From positions 53,338-117,337 of the forward strand of contig JBHLNF010000010.1 of the NCBI GenBank assembly GCA_048937405.1: DNA of 64,000 bases, read 5' to 3'. Every line of letters starts with the position of its first letter. Position 1 is the first letter of the stretch. Of this stretch, positions 20,385 through 30,255 are shown piece by piece. The notes beneath the pieces are model-generated. The model saw only the letters and a list, made by a program, of their open reading frames with translations. It had not been told where the DNA came from and searched no databases. Both the position numbers and the translations under genes were made by a program. The stretch is from Promethearchaeota archaeon (GTDB lineage: Archaea; Asgardarchaeota; Lokiarchaeia; Sigyniarchaeales; SOKP01).

Positions 20385-20726
20385 CTATAACCATGATATT
20401 ACTTGCCGATTATTAACTAAAATATCAACAAGGTCTTCATAACCAATTGCATTAATATTTCTTCTTAAATCTCCCAAATCCATTCCTCGAGCTAGAATAT
20501 CTGAAGTTAAAACTTTAATTGATATTGGCATTTGGAGTAATCTTTCTAAAGTACGGGGGAGTTTGCTTTTCTGAGTGACCCCTATAACTCCATCGTGAAG
20601 TAAAACTAAAATGATTTTTATATTTTTTCTGATTTGTTCATTAAAAATCTTTAGTAAACTTTCTGATTTATCTTGTTGCCTTAAACTAAATCCATATAAA
20701 TAAACCATTCCTTTTTCTTGATTCAT
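20385..20726 (-). CDS. dsrH: DsrH/TusB sulfur-relay subunit
   Basis: LVLLHDGV, DILARG, IGYEDLVD, C-terminal ISW. Confidence 0.8.
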   Translation of the reverse strand: MNQEKGMVYLYGFSLRQQDKSESLLKIFNEQIRKNIKIILVLLHDGVIGVTQKSKLPRTLERLLQMPISIKVLTSDILARGMDLGDLRRNINAIGYEDLVDILVNNRQVISWL

Positions 20727-20745
20727 TATATATCCTTTTAATCTT

Positions 20746-21114
20746 TTAATATTTAAAACTCATTTCTGCTTCAATTATCAGTTCAGAAATTTTTGAAAAA
20801 TCTATAATATTAATATTATCAGCAAGTACTAAATCAGAAGGCTTTATTCCCGCCAATTCAAGGGCTTCATTGTGAATATAAATTTCTAAATCAGACAATT
20901 CAATTAGTCGCATTATATTGGTAAATTCATCCATGTTTAAAGCTTTTGGATTTAGACTTTTATCTAAAAAATATATAGCATCTTTTAATAGAATAATTTT
21001 ACAAATTTCAACATCTCCTACTGCAAGAATTCCCGCAGCCATCCTTATAGCTTCTAATACAGAATTCTTTCCAAAAGGACCATCTTCGCAAATAATTACA
21101 ATCGAATTTACCAT
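20746..21114 (-). CDS. dsrF: DsrF/TusC sulfur-relay subunit
   Basis: GPFGKNSVLEAIRMA, DAIYFL; located between dsrE and dsrH. Confidence 0.78.
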   Translation of the reverse strand: MVNSIVIICEDGPFGKNSVLEAIRMAAGILAVGDVEICKIILLKDAIYFLDKSLNPKALNMDEFTNIMRLIELSDLEIYIHNEALELAGIKPSDLVLADNINIIDFSKISELIIEAEMSFKY

Positions 21115-21120
21115 AATTTA

Positions 21121-21492
21121 TTATCCTCCTGGACCGAAGAACAATACCCTATCAGACTGCGAAATCATATAAGAAAGACCCCCTAATCCTTCTTGATGTG
21201 CTCCTTCTATAAATTCTTCAGATTTAATTCCAGTAATACTAGTCCATGTACTACAAGCTGCAAATTCTATCTTATTATTTCTACAAAAATTTTCTAAACG
21301 CTTTGATAAATTACGAATAGAATTATCTTTTAACTCTCTTTTCTTAATATTATAAACGCCACTTCCATAGAAAAAGATTCCAAATATTTTATAATCCTTT
21401 TTTATTATTGCTTCCGCTAAGTTAATAACTGTGTCCATAGCTTCATACTTATAAGGTTCCGCACAAATTACAAAAGTAAATGATAACGTCAT
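21121..21492 (-). CDS. dsrE: DsrE/TusD sulfurtransferase subunit
   Basis: EPY, IFFYGSGVYN, AACSTW (active Cys position), GLGGL, SDRVLFF. Confidence 0.82.
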   Translation of the reverse strand: MTLSFTFVICAEPYKYEAMDTVINLAEAIIKKDYKIFGIFFYGSGVYNIKKRELKDNSIRNLSKRLENFCRNNKIEFAACSTWTSITGIKSEEFIEGAHQEGLGGLSYMISQSDRVLFFGPGG

Positions 21493-21682
21493 AGATTTTT
21501 TGTTAATTTTTGATTAAAATTAAAGATAAAAAATGGTATTAGAAATTTATTTCTTATTCTAATAGAATATTATACATTAAGCTATATTATATTACTTTGT
21601 ATCTTTCTTCATAGTTTAGTAATTACGCTTTGAATTAAAGAAAAAATATTGGAATTCATAAATTTTTTATTCAGATAAATCT

Positions 21683-21907
21683 CTAAGTTAAATCAAATTC
21701 ATACTTAAGAATTTTTAATACCTTAATTCTTTCTGATTCTGTTAGATTTTCTATGAGATCTCCACGTAAATTATAATAATCTGGATATTTAATTAGATAT
21801 GGTTCAATAAATTCTTCTAAATTTGTATTACTTAACTTTACTTCAATTTCTTCTTCATTTAAATTTGATAATATATTATTCATCATCATTCTTTTGAAAT
21901 TCCTCAT
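21683..21907 (-). CDS. Small hypothetical protein
   Basis: 74-aa ATG ORF with typical composition. Confidence 0.5.
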   Translation of the reverse strand: MRNFKRMMMNNILSNLNEEEIEVKLSNTNLEEFIEPYLIKYPDYYNLRGDLIENLTESERIKVLKILKYEFDLT

Positions 21908-22054
21908 TTCTTACCAATATATACATGAAAACTTAGCATTATAAAAGTCTCCTATATAATATAGGGCATTATTAATGTTCTATATACTCTAAATAGTCTA
22001 CTTGATAGCAATATTGATTAAAATTAAATTTGAAAAATATTTAGGGAAAAGGAG

Positions 22055-22077
22055 TGTTGCAGTATGAAACTGCAACA
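22055..22077. other. Perfect 9-bp hairpin in intergenic DNA
   Basis: TGTTGCAGT-ATGAA-ACTGCAACA. Confidence 0.8.
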
Positions 22078-22282
22078 ATTTGTCAACATAGAATTAAAAT
22101 GGAAAGAAAAGAATAAATGTGCATTGAGGAGAATTTGTTAAGGCGATAAGGGTTCTAGTTGACTTCCATCACTAATTTGTATATTCTTTAGCGGATATAT
22201 AAAAACTGTCTCCATAAAATCAATTGATAAATATTGAGTATATATTATACATAGTAATATATGTTAATGGATTAATAATCCT

Positions 22283-22900
22283 ATGAAAAATTTTTATAAT
22301 TTCTGTATTTGGAAAGATTCTGAGAATTGCAATAATTGCTTCCTTAATGGTAAACTAATATGTCATTTCCATAGAAAATATTTATTAAGTTTTCTTGGAT
22401 TTTTTTTTGCTTTTGCTATTACTGCTTTTGTAGGAGTGATAATAGCGGGTTATGGTTGGTTTTTATTAGGTTGGATTGGTTTTTGGTTATTTTTCTTTGA
22501 ATTTTGGGAGATTCGAATTCTATGTAGTCATTGTCCTTTCTATGCTGAAGAGGGGAAAACATTACATTGCATTGCTAATTATGGCAGCTTTAAACTATGG
22601 AAATTTCACCCAGAACCTATGAATTTGTCTGAAAAAATTCAATTACTAATTGGTTTTATTATTCTTGTTGGGTATCCTTTAATTTTTTTGATATTAGATG
22701 CTCAAACAATCTTTTTAATAATTTGTATTATTGAAATTTCCATTTTCTTTATTTTTTTAATCACAAAAAGGTGCGGAAATTGTTTAAATTTCTCTTGTCC
22801 TCTCAATCGTGTAAAAAAAGAAATAGTCGATTGTTTTCTTAAAAAAAATCCAGTAATGGGAATGGCTTGGAAAGATAAAGGATATAAAATCTTAAAATAA
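22283..22900 (+). CDS. Cys-rich 4-TM hypothetical membrane protein
   Basis: CNNC, CSHCPFY, CGNCLNFSCP clusters flanking TM pairs. Confidence 0.8.
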   Translation: MKNFYNFCIWKDSENCNNCFLNGKLICHFHRKYLLSFLGFFFAFAITAFVGVIIAGYGWFLLGWIGFWLFFFEFWEIRILCSHCPFYAEEGKTLHCIANYGSFKLWKFHPEPMNLSEKIQLLIGFIILVGYPLIFLILDAQTIFLIICIIEISIFFIFLITKRCGNCLNFSCPLNRVKKEIVDCFLKKNPVMGMAWKDKGYKILK

Positions 22901-22992
22901 TAAATTGTGAATCATTCGAGAATTTATAATAAACAGTCACAGTATTTAACAGAAAGTATTTATAGAGAATCGCCAAATACTTTTTTCTCTGG

Positions 22993-24174
22993 CTATTTCT
23001 TTACATAACAACGAACTGGAAAACCGTTTGAAATTGCTGCTAGACAACGATTGCAAGAAATACAAGCTGCCTTTTCTTGTTTTCCTTCTTTAAAAGATTT
23101 AACTAAATAAGGTTCCCTAATGAATGGTCTTGCCATTGAAATAAAATCTGTAAAGCCTTTTTCTATAATTTCTTCAAAATAAGCTTTATTTCTCAAACCA
23201 CCTACGACAATTATGGGTAATTTACCAATAATTTTTTTGATTTCTTTTGCAGCTTCAACATTATAACCTTCCTCTAATTCAAATTTTCCTTTCATGTCTA
23301 ATAAAGATTTTTCTGCTAATGGTTTTATCTTATCTGGCAAATATTCAGTAAATTCTTTGACTGGAACAGTTCCACGACACATATTAAATATAGAGAAAGT
23401 TGTTGAACCAGCGCTAACCTCAATTCCATCAATACCTGATTTTTTAAGCCATTTTGCATATTTACATGCTAAGGGGATATTGATTCCTTTTCCTGGAGTG
23501 TAATCTACAGTATTAAGTTTTAATAAAAGAGCCATATCTCTTGGAATGACTTTTTTAATGTTTATTATAATTTCTTTGGTATACTTAAAACGATTTTCAT
23601 CTGTTCCGCCCCACTTATCTTTTCTACGATTATAAAAAGGAGAGAGAAACTGATTGATTAAGTATCCATGAGCACCATGCAATTGAATTGCATCCGCGCC
23701 TGCTTCAACGGCACGCCTAGCAGCCTCAATAAATGATTCAATTGACTCTTGGATATCTTCTTCGGTCATTTCTTTTGGTTTGGTAAAGGTTATTGGATTC
23801 ATAACTTGTTTGGAGGGCCCCAAAGGAAGAGACCCTATTATTGCTTTATGTGTTTGCAATCCTCCATGTCCTATTTGAAATGCAACTTTTCCATCTTCTC
23901 TATGAATCATGTTAACCATTCGTTTTAGACTAGGAATTAAATCATCATTATGAATTCCTGTTTGATTTTTGGATATCTGTCCTAAAGGATGCACATACAT
24001 AAAGCCTGTAATAATTAAGCCAATTTCACCTTTAGCAAGGACACTAAAAAGTTTAATAAGTTGTTCAGATACTTCACCAGATTCATGAGCCAAATTGGTA
24101 ACTACTGCTGAACGTACAAAACGATTTTTTACTTCTATTTTTCCAATATTCATTGATTTAAATAAAATTGAAAT
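22993..24174 (-). CDS. NADH:flavin oxidoreductase (OYE family); first ATG 24153, probable ATT start 24174
   Basis: KNRFVRSA, QLHGAHGYLINQFLSP, CISCNRC. Confidence 0.92.
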   Translation of the reverse strand: MSILFKSMNIGKIEVKNRFVRSAVVTNLAHESGEVSEQLIKLFSVLAKGEIGLIITGFMYVHPLGQISKNQTGIHNDDLIPSLKRMVNMIHREDGKVAFQIGHGGLQTHKAIIGSLPLGPSKQVMNPITFTKPKEMTEEDIQESIESFIEAARRAVEAGADAIQLHGAHGYLINQFLSPFYNRRKDKWGGTDENRFKYTKEIIINIKKVIPRDMALLLKLNTVDYTPGKGINIPLACKYAKWLKKSGIDGIEVSAGSTTFSIFNMCRGTVPVKEFTEYLPDKIKPLAEKSLLDMKGKFELEEGYNVEAAKEIKKIIGKLPIIVVGGLRNKAYFEEIIEKGFTDFISMARPFIREPYLVKSFKEGKQEKAACISCNRCLAAISNGFPVRCYVKK

Positions 24175-24401
24175 AATTTATCACCATTTTTACACATTTC
24201 ATAAATTTTTACTTAATTTTGAGATCCCTTAGTAAATATAATAGTTCATTAATAGTTGAGGATGATTATAACATTTAAAATTCTTAGATAATATTATTAT
24301 CTAATTTTTAATGATTTCTTTTATTTAAATAAAGAAAACACACTTTTTAATTAAAATAAAACCTTTAAATTGTTTAAAGAAACTTAATATAACAGAATAT
24401 T

Positions 24402-24767
24402 TTGTCTATTTTGGAAATTTTGAAAGAAAAAAGATGTCGGGTTATTAAGAAATACGAATCGCCATATACAGATCCTTTTTTAATAACTAAGGGAGAAATG
24501 TTATCTATTAGTGAAAAAGATAGTGAATGGTCAGGATGGATATGGTGTACCAAAAAAAATGGAATAAGTCGTTGGGTACCTGAGAGTTATCTTGAAATCG
24601 AGGGAAATTCTGGTAAAGCAAACCAAGATTATAAGGCAACAGAACTTTCTGTTAATGTGGGAGAAGAATTATTCATTGAACAAGAAGAAGCTGAATGGTA
24701 TTGGGTTACAAATCAGCAAGGAAAAAGTGGTTGGGTTCCAATTAAAAATGTTCAATTAATTATGTAA
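24402..24767 (+). CDS. Tandem SH3-domain protein
   Basis: Two SH3-like units: GWIWC...WVPESYL and ELSVNVGE...WYWV...GWVP. Confidence 0.85.
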   Translation: MSILEILKEKRCRVIKKYESPYTDPFLITKGEMLSISEKDSEWSGWIWCTKKNGISRWVPESYLEIEGNSGKANQDYKATELSVNVGEELFIEQEEAEWYWVTNQQGKSGWVPIKNVQLIM

Positions 24768-25347
24768 CGAGATCGGATTTCATACTATTTTGAAACAATT
24801 TTAAATGATTTAATCCTTTACTATTAAGGATTTCTTTCAACATAATCTTAAAGACTATTTCTACGTTCTCTCCTGTTTTTGAAGAACATTCAAGATAAGC
24901 ATATAATTTGTGTGAATATAATAAATCTAATGCTTCTTCTTTTTTACAAATTCTCTGTTGTTCAAGATCTAATTTGCTGCCAACCATTAATATAGGTAGT
25001 TTTCCCATTATTTTTCTAATTTCTGGAAGCCAATTAACTATATTAGTTAGACTTTCATAATTAGTAAGGTCAAACATAAAAATTCCACCAGATGATCCTT
25101 TAGCATATGAGGGAATTAGGAATTTAAACCTATCTTCACCACCAAAATCCCATACTTGAAGTATTATTTGTCCATTCTCAAAATAAAAATATTTTATATG
25201 TATCGTTGCTCCAAGAGTTGATTTAATGTATTCATGATATTTATTTGTAATATAACGATCTATTAATGTCGTTTTTCCAACACCACTATCACCAAAGATA
25301 CAAATTTTATATGTTAAATTTATCCGATCTTCATTAGATCCTTCCAA
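24760..25347 (-). CDS. Rab/Ras-like small GTPase
   Basis: GDSGVGKT, WDFGGEDRF, GSKLDL, ECSSKTG. Confidence 0.93.
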   Translation of the reverse strand: MEGSNEDRINLTYKICIFGDSGVGKTTLIDRYITNKYHEYIKSTLGATIHIKYFYFENGQIILQVWDFGGEDRFKFLIPSYAKGSSGGIFMFDLTNYESLTNIVNWLPEIRKIMGKLPILMVGSKLDLEQQRICKKEEALDLLYSHKLYAYLECSSKTGENVEIVFKIMLKEILNSKGLNHLKLFQNSMKSDLVT

Positions 25348-25756
25348 TTCTGAACATCCTCAACAAAAATAATGAATCTTTATAATTTAATTATAAAAAA
25401 ACCTATTCTTATACCTTTAATCAAGATTTGCTATTTCTTGAAAAAAATATTATATGGTGATTATTTTTTCATTAATTTAAATATTTTACTTTTCAAATTT
25501 GTAAATTATATTAGAATAAGAATTAAATAACTTCTTATTTCGTATAAATAATAAAAATTTAAGATTTAACGTTTGATTATAAGACAGTAATTATTGGTGG
25601 TATTGAACTAAAGTTACAAAGGCAATTCCAAACCATATAGTGTTCCACATAAAACAATTCATTGAATGGTTGGATTCCTAGTAAATTGTACAAATAACTA
25701 ATAAAATATGAATCACTAAATATTATCAACAAAACATTAAACTCATTTGTCAAATC

Positions 25757-26566
25757 ATGTCTAAATACTCAAATAGTAAAGATTGGTTCGAAATCATTAA
25801 GCAAAAAGATTATTTATATGTTATTCGAGAAAGATTAGATGAAATTGATCCTCGATTTCATACTACTTATACTAACTTATATTTAATTTTAGGTTCTCAT
25901 TCTGCTTTATTGATCGATACTGGTTCTGGATTATTTCCACTTAGGCATATTGTAGATAATTTAATCTTAGATAGAAAATTAAAAGTAATAAATACTCATT
26001 CTCACTTTGATCATATTGGTGGAAATCATGAATTTGAAAAAATTCACATTCATAATGAAGAACGAGAGCAAATTTTAAAACCTCATGGTATTTCTTTTTT
26101 AAAAGAATCTTCTAAAGAAATAACTAAACTTTATAAAAATAAGAATTATTCCCTTCCACCTGCTAAAGATATCCAACTGGTTAAAGATGAGGAAATTATA
26201 GATCTTGGGGATAAATCTGTGAAAGTTATTCATACACCAGGTCATTCATCTGGTTCAATCTGTTTATATACTAACGAAAATGAACTTTTTACGGGAGATA
26301 CTGCTCATTATGGAACAATGTATCTTTCAGAAATAAGGTTTCCTATTTTTCTATCAAGTATCTCAAAATTACTTAATTTGATTCAAAATTTAGAAGATAT
26401 TGAAATTTTTCCTTCTCATGAAGAATTCGCTGTAAGCAAAGATTTACTGATAGATCTTAGGAAGGGTATAAATGAGATTGATAAGATTTGGGATACAAAA
26501 ACTCGAGATGATTTTTTTGAAGCTTGGTTATTATCAGATGAAAATTTTAAATATTTGATATTTTGA
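25757..26566 (+). CDS. Metallo-beta-lactamase-fold hydrolase
   Basis: LIDTG, THSHFDHIGG, TPGHS, TGD, PSH. Confidence 0.92.
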   Translation: MSKYSNSKDWFEIIKQKDYLYVIRERLDEIDPRFHTTYTNLYLILGSHSALLIDTGSGLFPLRHIVDNLILDRKLKVINTHSHFDHIGGNHEFEKIHIHNEEREQILKPHGISFLKESSKEITKLYKNKNYSLPPAKDIQLVKDEEIIDLGDKSVKVIHTPGHSSGSICLYTNENELFTGDTAHYGTMYLSEIRFPIFLSSISKLLNLIQNLEDIEIFPSHEEFAVSKDLLIDLRKGINEIDKIWDTKTRDDFFEAWLLSDENFKYLIF

Positions 26567-26582
26567 ATTGATTTCTCTTTAA

Positions 26583-27038
26583 TTACATTTTCATTTTAAC
26601 TGCTACTATTTCTCCTGTAGCACATTCTTTATCTCTAACAAAAAGCGAACATGACACATTAATTTTTCTTTCCTGCATATCCTTTATTCGCGCTCTGAAA
26701 ATCCATGGTTTATTCAATGGGGCCGGATTCAAAAATTTCACAGATAAACTTCCTGTTAAATATAACATTGGTGGATCTGTTCCAAATTCTCGACCTTCAG
26801 CTCTGTAAGCGGCGGAAATTGCAGTATTAAGACAGTGACAATCAAGAATAGTGGCTATTATTCCCCCACATCCTCTACCAGGAAAGGCACAGTAATATTT
26901 TTTTGGTTTCCAAGTGCAAATACACTCTTCTCCTTCCCAATAGCTCTTTATTTGCAATCCATGTTCATTATTTTTACCACATCCCCAACAATAAGTGCCC
27001 ATTTCAGGCCATTGATCTTGTATTGCTCTATTTTCCAT
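26583..27038 (-). CDS. PaaI-family (hot-dog fold) thioesterase
   Basis: CWGCGKNNEHGL, GGIIATILDCH, TGSLSVKFLNP. Confidence 0.85.
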   Translation of the reverse strand: MENRAIQDQWPEMGTYCWGCGKNNEHGLQIKSYWEGEECICTWKPKKYYCAFPGRGCGGIIATILDCHCLNTAISAAYRAEGREFGTDPPMLYLTGSLSVKFLNPAPLNKPWIFRARIKDMQERKINVSCSLFVRDKECATGEIVAVKMKM

Positions 27039-27169
27039 AAATAATCCTCTTTTTTGATTTTATATAAAGTTATTTCTTTAATAATACGAAAATAATTAAC
27101 TATCTTACTATAATTTCTTTATGAAATATCAATATTATTTAAAAAGATTTTAAGGATAAATTGAGGAAA

Positions 27170-27883
27170 TTAAGTCTTTTTCCACCAATAAGGAAAGTCT
27201 ACTGAAATTAATTCATTGGAATTTAAAAGTAATATCTTATCTTCTAAAAATGTTAAAGCAAATCCTCCTAGATATGATACCCAATTCTTACTTGGAGGAA
27301 TTCCAAACCAACCAAAACGTAGTGCTATTAAAAAAAAATCATGTGTAATATGGATATCTATATTTCTACCAGGCCCCTCTTTTAATTTTTTCAAAAAAAG
27401 TTCAGCTGCTTTTTTACAGTATTCCTGTAGAGGTGTTATTTCATTTGGAGAATATAAACCTGCGATCCAACGAAAAAAGAACTGCTTACCTGAATACTTT
27501 TTTATTTGATTTGGGAAAAAATCTCGCGCAGTTTCTAAATTAAAAAGAGGCCCAAAGGAACCTAAGATTTCACCTTCTCCATCAATATTTTTAAATCCAG
27601 ATAAAATATCTTCTGCTGTTTCTTGACACCTCCAAACAACGCTATGAAATAATCGAATAGATCTATTTCTAGGTAGTTCTTCACCGAATTTTCTAGCAAT
27701 CATATGTCCTTCAGGAGTTAATCTAAGTTTGATTATTGTATCTAACTCTTTAGGTTCATCTCTTTGAGAATGTCTAAGAATAAGTAGGATTTTTGAGTTA
27801 TCTGGAAATTTTTTAAGTCCTTCGATTATTTGTCGTGCTTCAGAAGTCCAATCAGCTTCTTCCCAAATTTTATTGATATCCAT
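27170..27883 (-). CDS. Histidine phosphatase superfamily protein
   Basis: LRHS, LTPEG, RCQETA, ITHD motifs. Confidence 0.85.
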   Translation of the reverse strand: MDINKIWEEADWTSEARQIIEGLKKFPDNSKILLILRHSQRDEPKELDTIIKLRLTPEGHMIARKFGEELPRNRSIRLFHSVVWRCQETAEDILSGFKNIDGEGEILGSFGPLFNLETARDFFPNQIKKYSGKQFFFRWIAGLYSPNEITPLQEYCKKAAELFLKKLKEGPGRNIDIHITHDFFLIALRFGWFGIPPSKNWVSYLGGFALTFLEDKILLLNSNELISVDFPYWWKKT

Positions 27884-27986
27884 GTAAATTAGAATATTAT
27901 ATACCTTTAGAAAATTTACTTTTTATAAATTAAAAGGATAAGTTAATGATGATGCGATATTTATAATAAAGAAAAATTAAAATAAG

Positions 27987-28322
27987 CTATTTTTCACTCA
28001 ATCCAGTTAAGACTTGTTCCATTTTCTTTCGGTAAATTTCAAAAGCTTCTCTACCTTGTTTACTGAGTTTCAAAATGGTTTGTGGTTTTTTACCCTTAAA
28101 CTTTTTTTCTACTTCCACGTATCCTACAGATTCAAGTCTGTTTAAATGAGAAGATAAATTTCCATCAGTTAATCCTGTTTGATTTCTCAAGAAAACGAAA
28201 TCAGCACTCTCAACAACATATAAAACTGACATAATCATCAATCTTGATGGTTCATGAATGATTTTATCAATGTCGCTGAGTGGTTGGATAATATCCTCTG
28301 ATTCCGCTTTCTTCTTTGCCAT
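27987..28322 (-). CDS. Winged-helix transcriptional regulator (ArsR/MarR-like, HTH_34 type)
   Basis: DKIIHEPSRLMIM...LTDGNLSSHLNRLE..GYV..EKKFKGKKPQT...GREAF. Confidence 0.92.
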   Translation of the reverse strand: MAKKKAESEDIIQPLSDIDKIIHEPSRLMIMSVLYVVESADFVFLRNQTGLTDGNLSSHLNRLESVGYVEVEKKFKGKKPQTILKLSKQGREAFEIYRKKMEQVLTGLSEK

Positions 28323-28332
28323 TGAAACACTT

Positions 28333-28968
28333 CTATTTTGTTAACTGATAATTTCTAAAAAATGTTATAAAATAATATAAACCAATTATTACAATTACCC
28401 CTCCCATAATACCAAAAGGAAGTAAAGTATCCAGAGGGGTCCCTACGATTGGATAAAGCAATTCTGTTAAAAAAAAACCTAATCCTGCCAGAATGGCATA
28501 AATATATAATCTTGTGAAATCTAAAAAATAAGCTACTACTACAAAAGGTAAGGTTATTGCCACTAATCCAAGAATTAATGCCATTATAAGTGGTTCGAAT
28601 TTTATGGAATTAACTAAGTCTGTAAAAGTTAAAATCAATAGAACGATATTTAAAATTAAAAATGCAAATAAAAATAGCCTGAGTTTTTGTTGCTTTGATT
28701 TACGCTTTGGTCCAAATTTAACAATTCCTAGACGTGGAATAGTGATAAGCTTCTTCCCTAAATAAAATATCAAAAAAGCACTAATATTTAAGATTAAGCT
28801 CGGAATAACAGCAATCCATAAGTCATCCCAATTGAGAATTGAACTCAAAAAAGTACTAAACCCTAAACTTAATATAATCAAACCGATAAATAAATCCCAT
28901 AATCCATCCTCGAAAATTGACCTATACGCTTTTCTCTCAAGTGATCTTAAATCTACATTTTCAGTCAT
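28333..28968 (-). CDS. Hypothetical multi-TM membrane protein, tandem paralog 4
   Basis: EDGLWDLFIG, PRLG, RLY motifs shared with three neighbours. Confidence 0.85.
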   Translation of the reverse strand: MTENVDLRSLERKAYRSIFEDGLWDLFIGLIILSLGFSTFLSSILNWDDLWIAVIPSLILNISAFLIFYLGKKLITIPRLGIVKFGPKRKSKQQKLRLFLFAFLILNIVLLILTFTDLVNSIKFEPLIMALILGLVAITLPFVVVAYFLDFTRLYIYAILAGLGFFLTELLYPIVGTPLDTLLPFGIMGGVIVIIGLYYFITFFRNYQLTK

Positions 28969-29610
28969 CTATTGAGTCCTCTCCTCTTTTGGTAGTGGAT
29001 ATCTCTTGAGAAAACGAATAAAAAGTGCTAAACCCATTAAAAAAATAACGGCTCCTATTATTCCATATGATAAAAGCGATCTAGTAACCCAATCCATTGA
29101 ATCATATAATAACGCATTGATGAAATTTGCTAACCATATAAGCAATCCAATTAGATATAATCGTGGGAATTTCATCAAAAATCCCATTATCGCGAAAGTA
29201 GGTATAAAAAGTAAGCCAGTTATTAACATAAATATCATTTCTGATACTTTTGATCCCGAGCCACTTCCTGTAAATAATAGGATAAGAAGTATTAATTCTA
29301 TTAACAATTGAATAGATACTAATATAAATAACTTCTTTCTTATTGACTTTATAGAGGGACCCGGTTTAACCACTCCAGTTCTGGGTTGAATGATGTATTT
29401 GGTAACATAAAAAGTTGATACAAGGGATATAAAAACAACAATCAATTGCCACAAAAAATATTTATATGGTGAAGGCAAACTCTCATAAAAGAAGGGAAAA
29501 AAACCCATTCCCAAAAGTAAAAAGCCAAATATTAAATCAATAAAACCATGTTGGTGAGCCGTTTTGAGAATATTTTTCTCAATTTTTTTAAAATTAAAAT
29601 TCTCTGCCAT
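28969..29610 (-). CDS. Hypothetical multi-TM membrane protein, tandem paralog 3
   Basis: HGFIDL, QPRTG, PRLY, FLKRYP. Confidence 0.85.
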   Translation of the reverse strand: MAENFNFKKIEKNILKTAHQHGFIDLIFGFLLLGMGFFPFFYESLPSPYKYFLWQLIVVFISLVSTFYVTKYIIQPRTGVVKPGPSIKSIRKKLFILVSIQLLIELILLILLFTGSGSGSKVSEMIFMLITGLLFIPTFAIMGFLMKFPRLYLIGLLIWLANFINALLYDSMDWVTRSLLSYGIIGAVIFLMGLALFIRFLKRYPLPKEERTQ

Positions 29611-29613
29611 TTT

Positions 29614-30252
29614 TTAAGTCAACTCCTCTATTGATAATGGATGTTTCTTAAGAAAACGAATAAAAAGTGATAAACCCATTATAAAAATAATACCTCCCAT
29701 AATCCCATACGATAAGAGATATCTAATTGTATAGTCTATGGAATCCTGTAATAGCTCGTTGATGAATATAGCTAACCATATAAGCAATCCGATTAGATAT
29801 AATCGGGGATATTTCATCAAATAGCCAATTATTCCAAAAATAGGTATAATAAATAAACCTATAATTAATATAAACATAATTCCTGTTACTTTTATCCCTG
29901 AACCACTTCCTGTAATTAATGAGATAATAAGTATTAACTGGATTGTTAATTGAATAATTATCACAATGAATAATTTTTTTCTCATTGATTTTATAGAAGC
30001 ACCTGGTTTAGCAATCCCTGTTCTCGGTTGAATGACGTATTTAATAACAGTAATAAGACACACCTCCGCTATTATCACAAGAATTAATGGCCATAAAAAA
30101 TACTTATATGGTGAGGGTAAGGTTTCACGAAAGAAAGGACCAAAACCCATTCCCGCAACTATAAAGCCAATAAGCATATCAAAAGAACCATGCTGGTGGG
30201 CTGTTTTGAGAATATTTTTCTCAATTTTCTTTATATCAATATTTTCAACCAT
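29614..30252 (-). CDS. Hypothetical multi-TM membrane protein, tandem paralog 2
   Basis: HGSFDM, QPRTG, PRLY, FLKKHP. Confidence 0.85.
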   Translation of the reverse strand: MVENIDIKKIEKNILKTAHQHGSFDMLIGFIVAGMGFGPFFRETLPSPYKYFLWPLILVIIAEVCLITVIKYVIQPRTGIAKPGASIKSMRKKLFIVIIIQLTIQLILIISLITGSGSGIKVTGIMFILIIGLFIIPIFGIIGYLMKYPRLYLIGLLIWLAIFINELLQDSIDYTIRYLLSYGIMGGIIFIMGLSLFIRFLKKHPLSIEELT

Positions 30253-30255
30253 TTT

